In this document: one piece after another, positions 19,455-28,928 of the stretch
Layout: each line of letters begins with the position of its first letter
Position numbering within the stretch: the first letter of the stretch is position 1
Source of the DNA: an uncultured Planctomycetaceae bacterium
Lineage (GTDB): Bacteria; Planctomycetota; Planctomycetia; Isosphaerales; Isosphaeraceae
Length of the DNA: 64,000 nucleotides
Direction of reading: 5' to 3'
NCBI GenBank assembly: GCA_963833985.1
Contig: CAWIAD010000002.1
Location: forward strand, 864,001-928,000
The notes under the pieces: model-generated
Databases searched by the model: none
The model's input: only the letters and a program-made list of their open reading frames with translations
Told to the model about the DNA's origin: nothing
Made by a program: the position numbers and the translations under genes

Positions 19455-22400
19455 TCAGGAGAGGAGGAACTCAAGATCCTCGCGGGTGAGCGTGGAGATC
19501 ACCCGATTATCGGCGTTGAGGATCGCATCGGCCAGGTCGCGCTTCTTCTGCTGAAGCTCAAGGATCTTCTCCTCGACCGTGTTGCGGCAGATCAGGCGGT
19601 AGGCGAAGACGTGTTGGGTCTGGCCGATCCGGTGCGAGCGGTCGATGGCCTGGGCCTCGACGGCCGGGTTCCACCACGGGTCCAGCAGGTACACGTATTC
19701 CGCGGCGGTGAGGTTCAGGCCCAGGCCGCCCGCCTTCAGGCTGATCAGGAAAATCGGGCAGTCGGGATCAGTCTGGAACCGTTCGACCTTGGCGGCACGG
19801 TTGCGCGTACGGCCGTCGAGGTACTCGTAGACGAGCTGCTCCTGCTCCAGCCGCTCGCGGACGATGGCCAGGAAGCTGGTGAACTGGGAGAACACCAGCA
19901 CCTTGTGCCCCTCCTCGACGACCTCGGCAATCGAGGGCATGAGCATGTCAAGCTTGGCGCTGGGCGCGGTGGTGGAGTCGTGGTTGATGAGGCCCGGGTG
20001 GCAAGCCGCCTGCCTGAGCCGTAACAGCGCCTCGAGGACCTCGATCTTGGACCGGTTCAGCTCGCTGACGTCCTTGCGCAGCAGGGCGTCGCGGTAGTGC
20101 ACGCGGAGCTCGTCGTAGCACCGCCGCTGATCGGCTTCCATGTCGCAGTAGAGGGTCTGCTCGGTCTTCTCCGGCAGGTCCTGAACTACCTGGGCCTTGG
20201 TGCGGCGGAGGATGAACGGCCGCAGTGCCTTGGCCAGCAGCACCCGGTCGGCCGCGTCGAGCCCGGTGCCGGCCCCGGCGCTGGCGTACTTCTTGAAGAC
20301 GGTGTCACTGCCCAGCATCCCGGGGTTGAGGAACTCGAAGATGGACCAGAGCTCGCCGAGATGGTTCTCGATGGGCGTGCCGCTGATTGCCAGCCGGTGC
20401 CGGGCACGCAGCAGCCGCGCGGCCTTGGCGGACTGGCTGTCGGCGTTCTTGATCGCCTGCGATTCATCAAGCAGCACGTAGTCGAACTCGAAGTTGGTCA
20501 GGTCGGGGATGTCGGTGCGCAGCGTGCCGTAGGTGGTGATGATCAGGTCGTATTCGGAGAACCTTTCGCGTAGGCCGTGGCGGCCCGAGCCAGTGTAGTC
20601 GAGCACCTTGAGCCGGGGTGTGAACTTGGCGGCTTCCTGAATCCAGTTGAACACCAGCGAGCGTGGGACGACGGCAAGCGTGGGCCCCTTGGCCTGGCGG
20701 CGATAGCGCCGGCGCTGGAGCAGGGCCAGCACTTGGATGGTCTTGCCCAGGCCCATGTCGTCGGCGAGGATGCCGCCGAAGCCGAACCGCTGGAGATAAT
20801 CCAGCCAGCCCAGCCCCTCGCGCTGGTAGGGCCGCAGCTCGCCATGGAAGCCGGGCGGTGAATCGAGCGAGACGACCCCCTCGAACTGGCGCAGGTGCTC
20901 GCGCACCTTCTCGAAGGCGGCGTCCACCTGGATCTCGGGCTGGTTGGCCAGCAGTGCGTCGAGCACACCGGCCTGCGAGGCGTTGAACCGCAGCGCGCCG
21001 TTCTCGGCGGTCGCCAGGTCGGCGAGCATGCCGTACTTCTTGAGCCACTCCTCCGGCAGCATCCCCATCGAGCCGTCGCCCAGCTCGATCATGCTCTCTC
21101 CCCGGCGGGCGGCTGCCAGCAGTTCGGGGAGCTTCACACTCTGGCCGCCGTAGTCGATGCCGCCGTCCAGGTCGAACCAGTCGATGCCCGTCGCGAGTGC
21201 CAGCTTGAACTCTCCGGCCGGGCGGATGAGCTTGCCCTCGGCCTCCACCCGCCAGCCGGCAAGGACCAGGTCCTTGGTAACCGGGCCCATGCGCTTGGCC
21301 GGCAGCTCGAGCGTTCCCGGGTCCAGCCGCGGATCCTTGGCCTCGCGGAACCCCAGCTCGAAGAGCTTGACATCCGCGGACGACTCGGTGCGAGGGTCGC
21401 GGCGAATGACCAGGCCCAGCTCGGTGGAGACCGCCAGGGGCGTGGTCCGGCCTGCCGGGATGATGGCACCGTCATAATCGAATTCCAGCTCGCATAGCAG
21501 CTTGTCGGCGGCCATGCCCCAGTTCTGCCGGGGCGAGCGCAGGGTGAGGCAGGGACGAGGCTTGGCCACGATCTCCTCGAGGCGGATCGAGTCGATGAGC
21601 TCCAGCGGAGGCACCCGCGTCTCGGCCAGGATCCGGCCCAGCATCAGGTCCTGCTGGGGCTCGACGAAGGTGATCTCCTTCTCGTAGCGGAGCCGGAGGA
21701 TCCAGGGCATGACGCCCAGATCGTCGAACCGCGCCGCCCGGCCCACGCCCAGGACCAGCAGTCCGGGCAAGAGCACCAGGGGCTCCGCCAGGTCCATGCG
21801 GTTCTCGCCGCGCCGCAGGCCGCCACGCCAGGACCAGCGCTTGCCGCCAGCCTCGGTCCGTATGTCCAGCGTGAACCGCCAGGGCTGGCCGTCGTCCCAC
21901 CGCATGGTGGGCGGGTCGTCCTCACCCTCGGTGCGCCGCAGCCTCAGCCGTCCGGACTTGGCGAGCCGCTCCACCAGGCCGGCCTGGTCCTTGCGGAGGA
22001 CGAACCGCCGCACGCCGCGCAGGTCGCTCGTGGTGCGCGGTGCGCTCATGGCACCCGGCCCGGTGCTCGCACCGTTGCTGGCGGCCCCGGCAGCATGGCC
22101 GCCATGGTGCGCCGGGGAATTGTGATGCGCCTCATCCAGCAGGGCCAGCAAGAGGCGGTCCTCGGGGTCGTACTTCACATGGGCCGCGCACGGTGCATAC
22201 CACCAGGGCCGCAGGGGGCCCCATTCGCCCGTGGGCTTGCGCTGGCGACGCGCCAGGTCAATGACCACCTGGTTGTGCGTCTGGGTGGCCGTGACGTCCA
22301 GCACGTAGACCAGAAGCCGCTTGGCGTTCCGATTGACGGGCTTGGCCCGAGCGGTCGGCGGACCTCCGGTGAGCGACCGCGACCGGCCGGAGAGCCGCGC

Positions 22401-22976
22401 ATCGCGCGGGGCCGAGCCGGGAAGCGATCCCGGAACCGTCCAGCTTCCCTCCTCACCGCCAGGGATCGGACCCACGGACCGGCCGCGGATCGGACGGTCC
22501 TTGGACGTGCGCGGCCGGTAGGGCCGGCGCGTGCCGCGCGGCAGACGCTCGCCGCCAAGATGCATGCCTGGTTCCGAATCCATGCCGGAAAACAGGTCCT
22601 GCACCGGTTCGATCTCGGGATCGACGCCCGGCAGCCGTTCCGGCGCGGGGCCTTGCCGGAGCACGTCCGGAATGAAGCGGACCGCGAAGTTGGGCGGGGT
22701 TTGCAACAGCCCGCGCGAATCCGCCAGGAGCAGCGTGGCCCAGAGGTGCTTGCACGGCTCCCCCTGGGGGCTGAAGTAGGGGCAGCTACACGATGCCAGC
22801 AGCTTGGCGCCGCGGAGCCGTACCCGTACGCGGTACTTGGTGGTGCCGCGCACCCGCGCCAGTACCTCGTTCGGCTTGGCCGACATCAGGCTCACACGGC
22901 CCTTGGCGAAGTACGACTGGCCCCGCGAGCGGACTGCGTCGCTGAAGTTCCGGGCAACTTTCTGGGCTATCCCCAT
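19455..22976 (-). CDS. SWIM zinc finger + SNF2-family helicase/ATPase
   Basis: CSC...CKH SWIM motif; GILADDMGLGKT, DESQAIKN, SGTPIENHL, SLKAGGLGLNLT, QAIDRSHRIGQ. Confidence 0.95.
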   Translation of the reverse strand: MGIAQKVARNFSDAVRSRGQSYFAKGRVSLMSAKPNEVLARVRGTTKYRVRVRLRGAKLLASCSCPYFSPQGEPCKHLWATLLLADSRGLLQTPPNFAVRFIPDVLRQGPAPERLPGVDPEIEPVQDLFSGMDSEPGMHLGGERLPRGTRRPYRPRTSKDRPIRGRSVGPIPGGEEGSWTVPGSLPGSAPRDARLSGRSRSLTGGPPTARAKPVNRNAKRLLVYVLDVTATQTHNQVVIDLARRQRKPTGEWGPLRPWWYAPCAAHVKYDPEDRLLLALLDEAHHNSPAHHGGHAAGAASNGASTGPGAMSAPRTTSDLRGVRRFVLRKDQAGLVERLAKSGRLRLRRTEGEDDPPTMRWDDGQPWRFTLDIRTEAGGKRWSWRGGLRRGENRMDLAEPLVLLPGLLVLGVGRAARFDDLGVMPWILRLRYEKEITFVEPQQDLMLGRILAETRVPPLELIDSIRLEEIVAKPRPCLTLRSPRQNWGMAADKLLCELEFDYDGAIIPAGRTTPLAVSTELGLVIRRDPRTESSADVKLFELGFREAKDPRLDPGTLELPAKRMGPVTKDLVLAGWRVEAEGKLIRPAGEFKLALATGIDWFDLDGGIDYGGQSVKLPELLAAARRGESMIELGDGSMGMLPEEWLKKYGMLADLATAENGALRFNASQAGVLDALLANQPEIQVDAAFEKVREHLRQFEGVVSLDSPPGFHGELRPYQREGLGWLDYLQRFGFGGILADDMGLGKTIQVLALLQRRRYRRQAKGPTLAVVPRSLVFNWIQEAAKFTPRLKVLDYTGSGRHGLRERFSEYDLIITTYGTLRTDIPDLTNFEFDYVLLDESQAIKNADSQSAKAARLLRARHRLAISGTPIENHLGELWSIFEFLNPGMLGSDTVFKKYASAGAGTGLDAADRVLLAKALRPFILRRTKAQVVQDLPEKTEQTLYCDMEADQRRCYDELRVHYRDALLRKDVSELNRSKIEVLEALLRLRQAACHPGLINHDSTTAPSAKLDMLMPSIAEVVEEGHKVLVFSQFTSFLAIVRERLEQEQLVYEYLDGRTRNRAAKVERFQTDPDCPIFLISLKAGGLGLNLTAAEYVYLLDPWWNPAVEAQAIDRSHRIGQTQHVFAYRLICRNTVEEKILELQQKKRDLADAILNADNRVISTLTREDLEFLLS

Positions 22977-23090
22977 CGTTCTGTCCCCCCCGGGCGGATC
23001 TTCCCATCCCGCCTTGAAGGGTCACTCCGCTGAACCTGGATCTGCGTTGGCGCGTGTTCCTTCGGCATGATCGGGCCGTATCCGCTGGTC

Positions 23091-25769
23091 TCAAACATCG
23101 AGATTTTTGACCTCGAGCGCGTGCTTCTCGATGAACTCCCTGCGTGGTTCCACATCGTCACCCATCAGGGTGGTGAACAGATCGTTGGCGGCAGCCGCGT
23201 CATCGAGCTGCACTTGCATGAGCGTGCGGCGCGTGGGATCCATCGTGGTTTCCCAGAGCTGCTCGGCATCCATCTCGCCCAGTCCCTTGAAGCGGGTGAT
23301 CTTCATTCCCTTCTCGCCGATCTTGCGCACGTTCATCACCAGCGCGCGGAGGTCGAGCAGGTGATGGATCTCGCCATCATGGTGCAAGAGGAACCGCGGG
23401 GGAGGCTCGTCACCGGTGACCTCGCGGGGCACCAGGACATCGGCCCGCAGCCCGAACTCATCACGCAGCCGGGTCAGGTGCTTGTTCAGCGTCTTGACCT
23501 CGTGCAGCTCGATCCGGCGCACCTTGCGAGGCTCCGCGGGGGCCGGGGTCACAGCCCCATCGGAGCCGGCCTCGGCTGTCCGGGCTGCCGCGCTTGCGGG
23601 TTCCTTGTCCCCCTTCTCGAACTCCGACTGCGACAGGAACGCCACCTCGTGGGCATGCCGGTAATCGTCACACTCCTGTTCGGTCCAGCAGGGGATCTCC
23701 CTGCCGTTGTCCTCGATCAAGAACTGGGGCAGGAGGCCGGCGCGTGGGTCAGTCCTGGGATCGGTGGCCGGGTGCGCCAAGTGCAGGAAATTTCGGACCG
23801 AGCGGCTGCGCCGCCCGAAGGCGCGGAGGCCCAGCTCGATGGCCTCCACCAGCTCCAGCAAGCTCTTCAGACGGTCGCCTTCGACCTGCAACTCGGGCCT
23901 GGCCGGAGCCTCGGGCACGGGGCTGCCGCCTTCACCATTGGCCGATGGCACCGCCGGTGCCGGTGCCGGTGCCGCCAGTACGGAGCCGGCAAGGCCCGTA
24001 TCCATGAGGATCGTCTGCATCTGGTCCTCGGTATGGACGTAGCGGCGGTCCTTCTTGCTGTTCGTGATCATGTAGAGCGGGGGCTGTGCGACGTAGAGGT
24101 GCCCCTCGACGACGAGGCGCGGCATCTGGCGGTAGAAGAACGTCATCAGCAGGGTCCGGATATGCGAGCCGTCGACGTCGGCGTCGCTCATCATCACGAC
24201 CTTACCGTAACGCCGTTTCGCCGGGTCTTCCTCCTCGCCAATTCCGTTGCCCACCGCCGTGATGATGTTGCGGATCTCCTCGTTGCCGAGCACGCGGTCG
24301 AGCCGGGCGCGCTCGACATTGAGGATCTTGCCGCGCAACGGGAGGATGGCCTGGTAGAGCCGGTCGCGTCCCCCTTCCGCGGTGCCGCCGGCCGAGTCGC
24401 CCTCCACCAGGAAGAGCTCGCTGGCGTCCTGATCGTGGGTGGTGCAATCCATCAGCTTACCGGGCAAGCCGCCCCCCGAGAGTACTCCCTTACGGTTACG
24501 CACCAGCTCACGTGCTTTTCTGGCCGCCTCACGCGCCTCGGCCGCGAGCTGGGCCTTGGCGATGATCCGTCTGGCCGCAGCCGGCGTGTTCTCAAGGTAT
24601 TCGCTGAGCTTCTCGTTGACGATCCGGGTGACGATTCCCTCAACCTCGCTGTTGCCCAGCTTGGTCTTGGTCTGCCCCTCGAACTGCGGATCGGGAACGC
24701 GGGCGCTGATGATCGCCGTCAAGCCTTCCTTGAAGTCCTCACCGGTGATCGTCAGGTCCTTGTTCTTGGCCGGCGCCGCCGCGCGGGCGTACTGGTTCAG
24801 GGTGCGCGTCAGGGCCGTGCGGAAGCCCGTCAGGTGGGTACCGCCCTCGATGGTGTTGATGTTGTTGCAGAACGAGATGACCATCTCGCTGATTGAATCG
24901 TTGTACTGCAAGGCGACTTCCACTTCCACGGCCCGCTCGTCGTCGCGTCCCCAAAAAACAACCGGCGGATGCAGGGGCGTCTGGGCACGGTTCAGGTAGG
25001 TGACGAACTCTCCCAGGCCCTCGGTGGAATAGAACTCCGCGTCTTTCGGCTCATCGCCCCGCTCGTCGCTGAGGCGGATGCGCACGCCCTTGTTCAAGAA
25101 GGCTAGCTCGCGGAGCCGCTTCTCGAGGGTATCGTAATCAAACGCGATCCGGGGAAAGATGGCGACATCGGGCAAGAAGCGGATCGTGGTCCCGGTGGAC
25201 TTGGCGGGACCCAGGGCGCGGACGGGGCCCTTGGCGTTGCCCTGCTCGTAATCCTGTTGCCAGATCTGGCCGTCGCGACGCACCTCGGCTTCCAGCCACT
25301 CCGAAAGTGCATTGACCACGGTGATGCCCACGCCGTGCAGGCCGCCGGAAACCTTGTAGGTGTCATGGTCGAACTTGCCGCCGGCATGAACCTTGGTCAG
25401 AACCACTTCCAGCGCACTCTTGCCGCTCTCGCCGTGGATGTCCACCGGGATTCCGCGGCCGTCGTCCACCACGGATACCGATCCATCGGTATGCAATGTG
25501 ACGTGAATGTTACGGCAGAAGCCGGCCATTGCCTCATCGATCGAGTTATCGACGACTTCATAGACCAGGTGGTGCAGACCGCGCGGCGATGTGTCGCCGA
25601 TGTACATACCGGGCCGCTTGCGAACCGCCTCGATCCCTTCCAGGACCTTGATGTTCGCCCCGGTGTAGCCAGCGGAGCCCTCGGCATCTTCAGCGATTGA
25701 CGGAATGGGAATTTCCATGGCTTGAGTCTCGCCCGTCCCGATCATAGCATCCTCGTCCTTGCTCAGATC
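23091..25769 (-). CDS. gyrB: DNA gyrase subunit B
   Basis: EAVRKRPGMYIG, HAGGKF, EGDSAGG, PLRGKILNV, DADVDGSHI, RFKGLGEM; start uncertain (25769, 25745 or a later ATG). Confidence 0.97.
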   Translation of the reverse strand, partial: DLSKDEDAMIGTGETQAMEIPIPSIAEDAEGSAGYTGANIKVLEGIEAVRKRPGMYIGDTSPRGLHHLVYEVVDNSIDEAMAGFCRNIHVTLHTDGSVSVVDDGRGIPVDIHGESGKSALEVVLTKVHAGGKFDHDTYKVSGGLHGVGITVVNALSEWLEAEVRRDGQIWQQDYEQGNAKGPVRALGPAKSTGTTIRFLPDVAIFPRIAFDYDTLEKRLRELAFLNKGVRIRLSDERGDEPKDAEFYSTEGLGEFVTYLNRAQTPLHPPVVFWGRDDERAVEVEVALQYNDSISEMVISFCNNINTIEGGTHLTGFRTALTRTLNQYARAAAPAKNKDLTITGEDFKEGLTAIISARVPDPQFEGQTKTKLGNSEVEGIVTRIVNEKLSEYLENTPAAARRIIAKAQLAAEAREAARKARELVRNRKGVLSGGGLPGKLMDCTTHDQDASELFLVEGDSAGGTAEGGRDRLYQAILPLRGKILNVERARLDRVLGNEEIRNIITAVGNGIGEEEDPAKRRYGKVVMMSDADVDGSHIRTLLMTFFYRQMPRLVVEGHLYVAQPPLYMITNSKKDRRYVHTEDQMQTILMDTGLAGSVLAAPAPAPAVPSANGEGGSPVPEAPARPELQVEGDRLKSLLELVEAIELGLRAFGRRSRSVRNFLHLAHPATDPRTDPRAGLLPQFLIEDNGREIPCWTEQECDDYRHAHEVAFLSQSEFEKGDKEPASAAARTAEAGSDGAVTPAPAEPRKVRRIELHEVKTLNKHLTRLRDEFGLRADVLVPREVTGDEPPPRFLLHHDGEIHHLLDLRALVMNVRKIGEKGMKITRFKGLGEMDAEQLWETTMDPTRRTLMQVQLDDAAAANDLFTTLMGDDVEPRREFIEKHALEVKNLDV

Positions 25770-26023
25770 CATTACGCAGTTCCCTTGATCCTGTTGGCCT
25801 GTTGCGCTTGCTTGGTCTGATCTGGCTTGCCTTCCGGCCATGACCGCCATCCGTCGTGGCTGGCTGGGCAGGTGACCCATGTGCCCGGTTTGCAGCCACC
25901 CGCAGGCCGGCGGGCTTCCACGACCAGCCATCCCGTACCGGAATTGAGCGATTTCCCCCCCGGCACACGCCCTCCTGGTCCTGGCGCCGTGTGTCCTTGT
26001 CCGGTCATTTCATTGCACGTTCT

Positions 26024-26536
26024 TCAGTCGCAGTCGTCCCTGTCCGATCGGGAAATGCCGTCTCTGCTCCCTGGTCGGGCACGGGTGGAGTCCGAGGCGG
26101 GCCGGCCTCGTTCCGGGCCAGCCGCGTCACGCTGCTGCCGGGACCGCTTGCGCGCCGGAGCCGCCGGGCGGCCTGGCGGTGCGGCAGGGGCCTGAGACGG
26201 TTGCGGTTCCGGTTCCGGCTCCTCCATCGGTCCCACGCGAAAGCGAATATCGTGAATGAGCGTTCCCGGAGCCCCGGCCCGGAGGGCTTGCAAGAGCGCG
26301 GGCTTGCGAAACGCCGCCAGCTCTTCCAGGAGCGTCGGATGAGCCACGGTCACGCTCAGCACACCCCGGCGCACCTCGCCGAGCCTGGTCTGACGGCAAT
26401 ACGGCTCTCCCACGGCGGAATTCCATGCCTCCTCGAGCTCGCTCAGTGCCCGTAACCGTCCGTATCCTCGAACCGTGAAGAGTTCACCGAGAACCTCGGA
26501 CAGGGCTCGCGGGCCCCGACGATTAGGGTTCGCCAT
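26024..26536 (-). CDS. dciA: DUF721/DciA family helicase-loader-like protein
   Basis: W..AVG...T......GVLSVTVAHPTLLEEL...IHDIRFRVG pattern; canonical position between dnaN and gyrB; disordered basic tail. Confidence 0.8.
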   Translation of the reverse strand: MANPNRRGPRALSEVLGELFTVRGYGRLRALSELEEAWNSAVGEPYCRQTRLGEVRRGVLSVTVAHPTLLEELAAFRKPALLQALRAGAPGTLIHDIRFRVGPMEEPEPEPQPSQAPAAPPGRPAAPARKRSRQQRDAAGPERGRPASDSTRARPGSRDGISRSDRDDCD

Positions 26537-26871
26537 GCTGGTTCAGTCCGTTCCCATCGCGAAAAGGGCGAACATGGTTACCATAAGCGGTCGCTTGCGG
26601 GATTGCCGTTCCGGCTACCGTAGGACGTGCCGTTTCAGCGCCCCTCCAGGATGGTTGGCCCGGCGGCGAACATTGCCGGCCGGTGCGACGGGGATCGCTG
26701 AAACAGCGCTGGAGCATACAACGAATCAATAACTTCCTTGGACCGCCATCGTGGGATTCCAGGTCAACAGGGTAGCAATCCGCGTGCCTTTCGTCTCATC
26801 CGGACTCCGCCTCCGCCGAGCCACTACCGCCCGCCTCGCACCCGATGGCTGAGCCTGATCGGCGCGGGCAT

Positions 26872-27990
26872 TCAACGCTCTCGGGTCAAAGGCATCACGA
26901 CGTAGGTGTATTGATCTTCAGTTCGGAAGACGGCGGCGTTCCTGGAATCAATCAGTTCGGCAGTCACTATGGTGGCGTCATCCAGGGTCTTCAGCGCGTC
27001 AACCAGGTAGCGGGGATCGAACGTGATGTCCACCGGCTTACCTTCGTAGTTGATCGGCAGATGGACGTGTGAGCTGCCCACGTCGGCCGCCTGGCTCGAC
27101 AGCTTGAGCACACCGGAGCTGAACTGGAAATCCACACCCCGGCTGTCGTCGCTGGTGATGATCGAGGCTTGCTCGACGGCCAGTCTCAAGCGGCCGGCTT
27201 CCAGGGGAATCCGCACCGCGACCGCGGGTGGGAACACATCTTGATACCGTGGAAAGCGTCCCTCCACAAGCCGGCTATAGATCACCGCATCGTCGGTGCG
27301 CACCAGCACCGCGGTTCCGGACTGGATGGCCAGATGCACCAGCAGACCGTCATCCACCAGGTTGCGCTCGATCAGCTTGAGGGCCTTGACCGGGATCACC
27401 GGCGTGCCGGATGGAACGGGCGGATCATTGGTGGCCTCCGCAGGCGCCACCATGCGAGCAAGCCTGCGGCCATCTGTACCGACCAGTGCCAGTGATTCCG
27501 GCGTCAGCTCGACCAGCACGCCGCCTAGCGCATAGCGGGCACTTTCCAGGTCGGTTGCGAAGCTCGTGCGGCGGATCAGTTTTTTCAGGTGGCCCGCCGA
27601 CAGGACATGGTAGCTCTCGGCCCCGAAGTCGGGTACCTCGGGAAACAGGCTCGCATCCTCGATCGGCAGGGTGAACTCCGCATGCTCGCCGCGCACCATC
27701 AGGTGATCGTCGTCGGTCGTTACCTCCAGCTCTTCATCGCTGCTGGTCCGGAGGATTGAGCCAATGTGATTCGTTGGCAAGATGACGGTACCCGGCTGCT
27801 CAACCCGGACGCCGAGCACGCGGTGCCGGATGCCTACCTCCAGGTCTGTGCCCATGAGGATTGAGCCTTCGTCCTCATCGGCGATGAACTTCACGTTCTG
27901 CAAGATGGGCTTCGGACTTCGCGCTGGAACGACGCCGCTCACCATGGAGAAGGCGCTGAGCAATCCATCGCGGTTGCAAAAAGCCCTCAT
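26872..27990 (-). CDS. dnaN: DNA polymerase III beta sliding clamp
   Basis: GTDLEVGI, RYALGGVL, VGTDGRRLA, SRLVEGRFPRY, YVVMPL; start MRAFCNRD at 27990. Confidence 0.97.
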   Translation of the reverse strand: MRAFCNRDGLLSAFSMVSGVVPARSPKPILQNVKFIADEDEGSILMGTDLEVGIRHRVLGVRVEQPGTVILPTNHIGSILRTSSDEELEVTTDDDHLMVRGEHAEFTLPIEDASLFPEVPDFGAESYHVLSAGHLKKLIRRTSFATDLESARYALGGVLVELTPESLALVGTDGRRLARMVAPAEATNDPPVPSGTPVIPVKALKLIERNLVDDGLLVHLAIQSGTAVLVRTDDAVIYSRLVEGRFPRYQDVFPPAVAVRIPLEAGRLRLAVEQASIITSDDSRGVDFQFSSGVLKLSSQAADVGSSHVHLPINYEGKPVDITFDPRYLVDALKTLDDATIVTAELIDSRNAAVFRTEDQYTYVVMPLTRER

Positions 27991-28399
27991 GTGCTTCCCT
28001 CGTGTGGTCCAGCCTGTTGCAAGCGCTGGATCTCGATGGGACAGGGGTCCTGCCCGTGGCAGGTACCCGATCGACCCATGCCCCTTGTGTTGCAGGAGCT
28101 TCAGAAACTGGCCAGCTCCGGGCCTTCTCTCGCCGTCGACCCTCGGGCCTTCCAGGGGGTTGTCATCATGGTCTCGGCGGTTGCAACTGCGACATAGCCA
28201 CCAATGCGTTGCCGCTCTTTGCCCCCTGCAAGACCTCACCGGCCTGTGCATTCACCGCCTGTGCCGAACTTCTCAGCGAGTACTGACGGACCGAATCCAA
28301 CCCTTCGTACTCGACCAGGATGTTGCAGCGCGCCCTCCCGGGAGCTTTGGCGGCCTGGCGCTATGCTGCAGGGCGGTGGGGTGAACCGGAGTCCCAGAC

Positions 28400-28860
28400 G
28401 CCCGTGAACCGGGACACGCTGAGATCTGTGGTTTCACAATAAGGTCAGTTGACCGCCGCATCAACCGCAGAGTGGGAATGACATCGTGGATAACCACGAA
28501 ACCGCAAGGACAAGGTAATGATAGCAAAGAACTTACCTGGCGGCAACAGGGCTGAGAGGTAAGTCGACAACTTGTGGACAGCAGGATGGGAACCCGTGCA
28601 TGGACCGGCACGCCATGATGAAGAACGGGCGGGCAAGCGGGAGAGCTGGCAACAGAAGCGCCACGACCCACGGTACGTTGACAAGTTATCAACAGCCGTT
28701 GGCGACCACTGCCGAGCACTCCATGGAAACCTGATCTGTCAGGGAAGATCGGCGATTTGCTTGACCCAGATCACGAAAAACGGCCAGGCGCCACCCGTTT
28801 TTCCACAGGGTTTCCAGGTGCGAGACTATATCAATGTTAATTGCATGCTTGATCTGGTGC
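28400..28860. other. Putative replication origin (oriC)
   Basis: Non-coding region upstream of dnaN with DnaA-box-like 9-mers: TTATCCACG (rc, 28485-28493), CTGTCCACA (rc, 28573-28581), TTATCAACA (28686-28694), TTTTCCACA (28799-28807); AT-rich stretch at ~28825-28845. Confidence 0.65.
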
Positions 28861-28928
28861 GTGGCCTGGACATGGGCACTTCCCGTTTCGCATGACTGAC
28901 ATTGACCGTTTTCCATTGATGCCCAATC

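Noticed and set aside
27991..28251. N-terminal extension of dnaN and small ORFs in the origin region
   Set aside because: Beta-clamp homology starts at Met 27990; the other ORFs lack recognisable motifs and no dnaA remnant was seen
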